Assembly: GCF_004010195.1 (NCBI RefSeq)
Contig: NC_057719.1
Coordinates: forward strand, 87,842,681 to 87,876,708
Length of the DNA: 34,028 nucleotides
Source of the DNA: Chiloscyllium plagiosum
Taxonomy: Eukaryota
Direction of reading: 5' to 3'
Position 1 is the stretch's first letter; the number at the start of each line of letters is the position of its first letter. Positions 33,400 through 34,028 of the stretch are shown in pieces. Made by a program: the position numbers and the translations under genes. The notes beneath the pieces are model-generated. The model made no database searches. It had not been told where the DNA came from and worked only from the letters and a program-made list of their open reading frames with translations.

Positions 33400-34028
33400 A
33401 ATGTTGTTATGGGAGATTTCAACATGCAGGTAGACTGGGAGAATCAGGATGGTATTAGACGTCAAGAAAGAGACTTTGTGGAGTGCCTCAGAGATGGATT
33501 CTTAGAACAGCTGGTGCTGGAGCCGACCAGGGAGAAGGCAATTCTGGATCTGGTATTGTGCAACGAACCAGAATTGGTCAGGGACCTCGAAGTGAAGGAG
33601 CCTTTGGGAAGGAGTGACCATAATACAATAAGTTTCAGTCTGCAATTTGAGAGGGAGAGGGTACAATCGGAAGTGACAATATTTCTGTTGAATAAAGGGA
33701 ACTATGGAGCTATGAGGGAGGAGCTGGCCAAAGTTCAATGGTGCAATACCTTAGCAGGGATGACAGTGGAGGATCAATGGCGGATATTTCTGTGTATAAT
33801 GCGGAAGTTGCAGGATCAGTTCATTCCAAAAAGGAAGAAAGATCCTAGGAGGAGGTGGCCGTGGCTGACGAGGGAAGTTAAGAAACATATAAAGTTAAAA
33901 GAGAAAAAATATAACATAGCAAAGATAAGTGGGAAAACAGAGGACTGGGAAGCTTTTAAAGAACAAAAGAGGATTACTAAGAAGGAAATACGCAGAGAAA
34001 AAATGAAGTACGAAGGTAAACTGGCCAA
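33400..34028 (+). mobile_element. Young CR1 ORF2 (APE endonuclease C-terminus and linker), 5'-truncated, open to the window end
   Basis: Uninterrupted frame NVVMGDFNMQVDW...PTREKAILDLVLCNE...LGRSDHNTISF...PWLTREVKK...; GDFN, LDL and SDH endonuclease motifs. Confidence 0.93.

Overview
Repeat-rich vertebrate genomic DNA, very probably cartilaginous fish (V-domain HE1-type SINEs, Deu-type SINEs, abundant CR1 and Penelope elements). The only clear protein-coding gene is the 5' part of a group II p21-activated kinase (most like PAK6) on the minus strand. It has a CRIB/pseudosubstrate exon (CDS 10385-10591) and a 642-nt linker exon (5282-5923); the kinase exons must lie beyond position 1. An intact tRNA-Ser(GCT) gene lies at 30312-30393 (-). 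The rest is intronic or intergenic: CR1, RTE and L2/Crack-like LINE pieces, SINEs, a TA-flanked Tc1/mariner MITE, a Penelope GIY-YIG fragment, a 37-bp minisatellite and two N gaps. Best leads: (1) a set of TSD-flanked palindromic Penelope mini-insertions carrying minimal hammerhead-ribozyme cores; (2) two candidate upstream exons whose splice phases would give the kinase an in-frame N-terminal extension; (3) a tail-less, 5'-end-only L1-like insertion with a hairpin over its ATG; (4) an unexplained coding-like ~370-bp segment. All family assignments come from recalled motifs, not database searches, and most TE boundaries are approximate.
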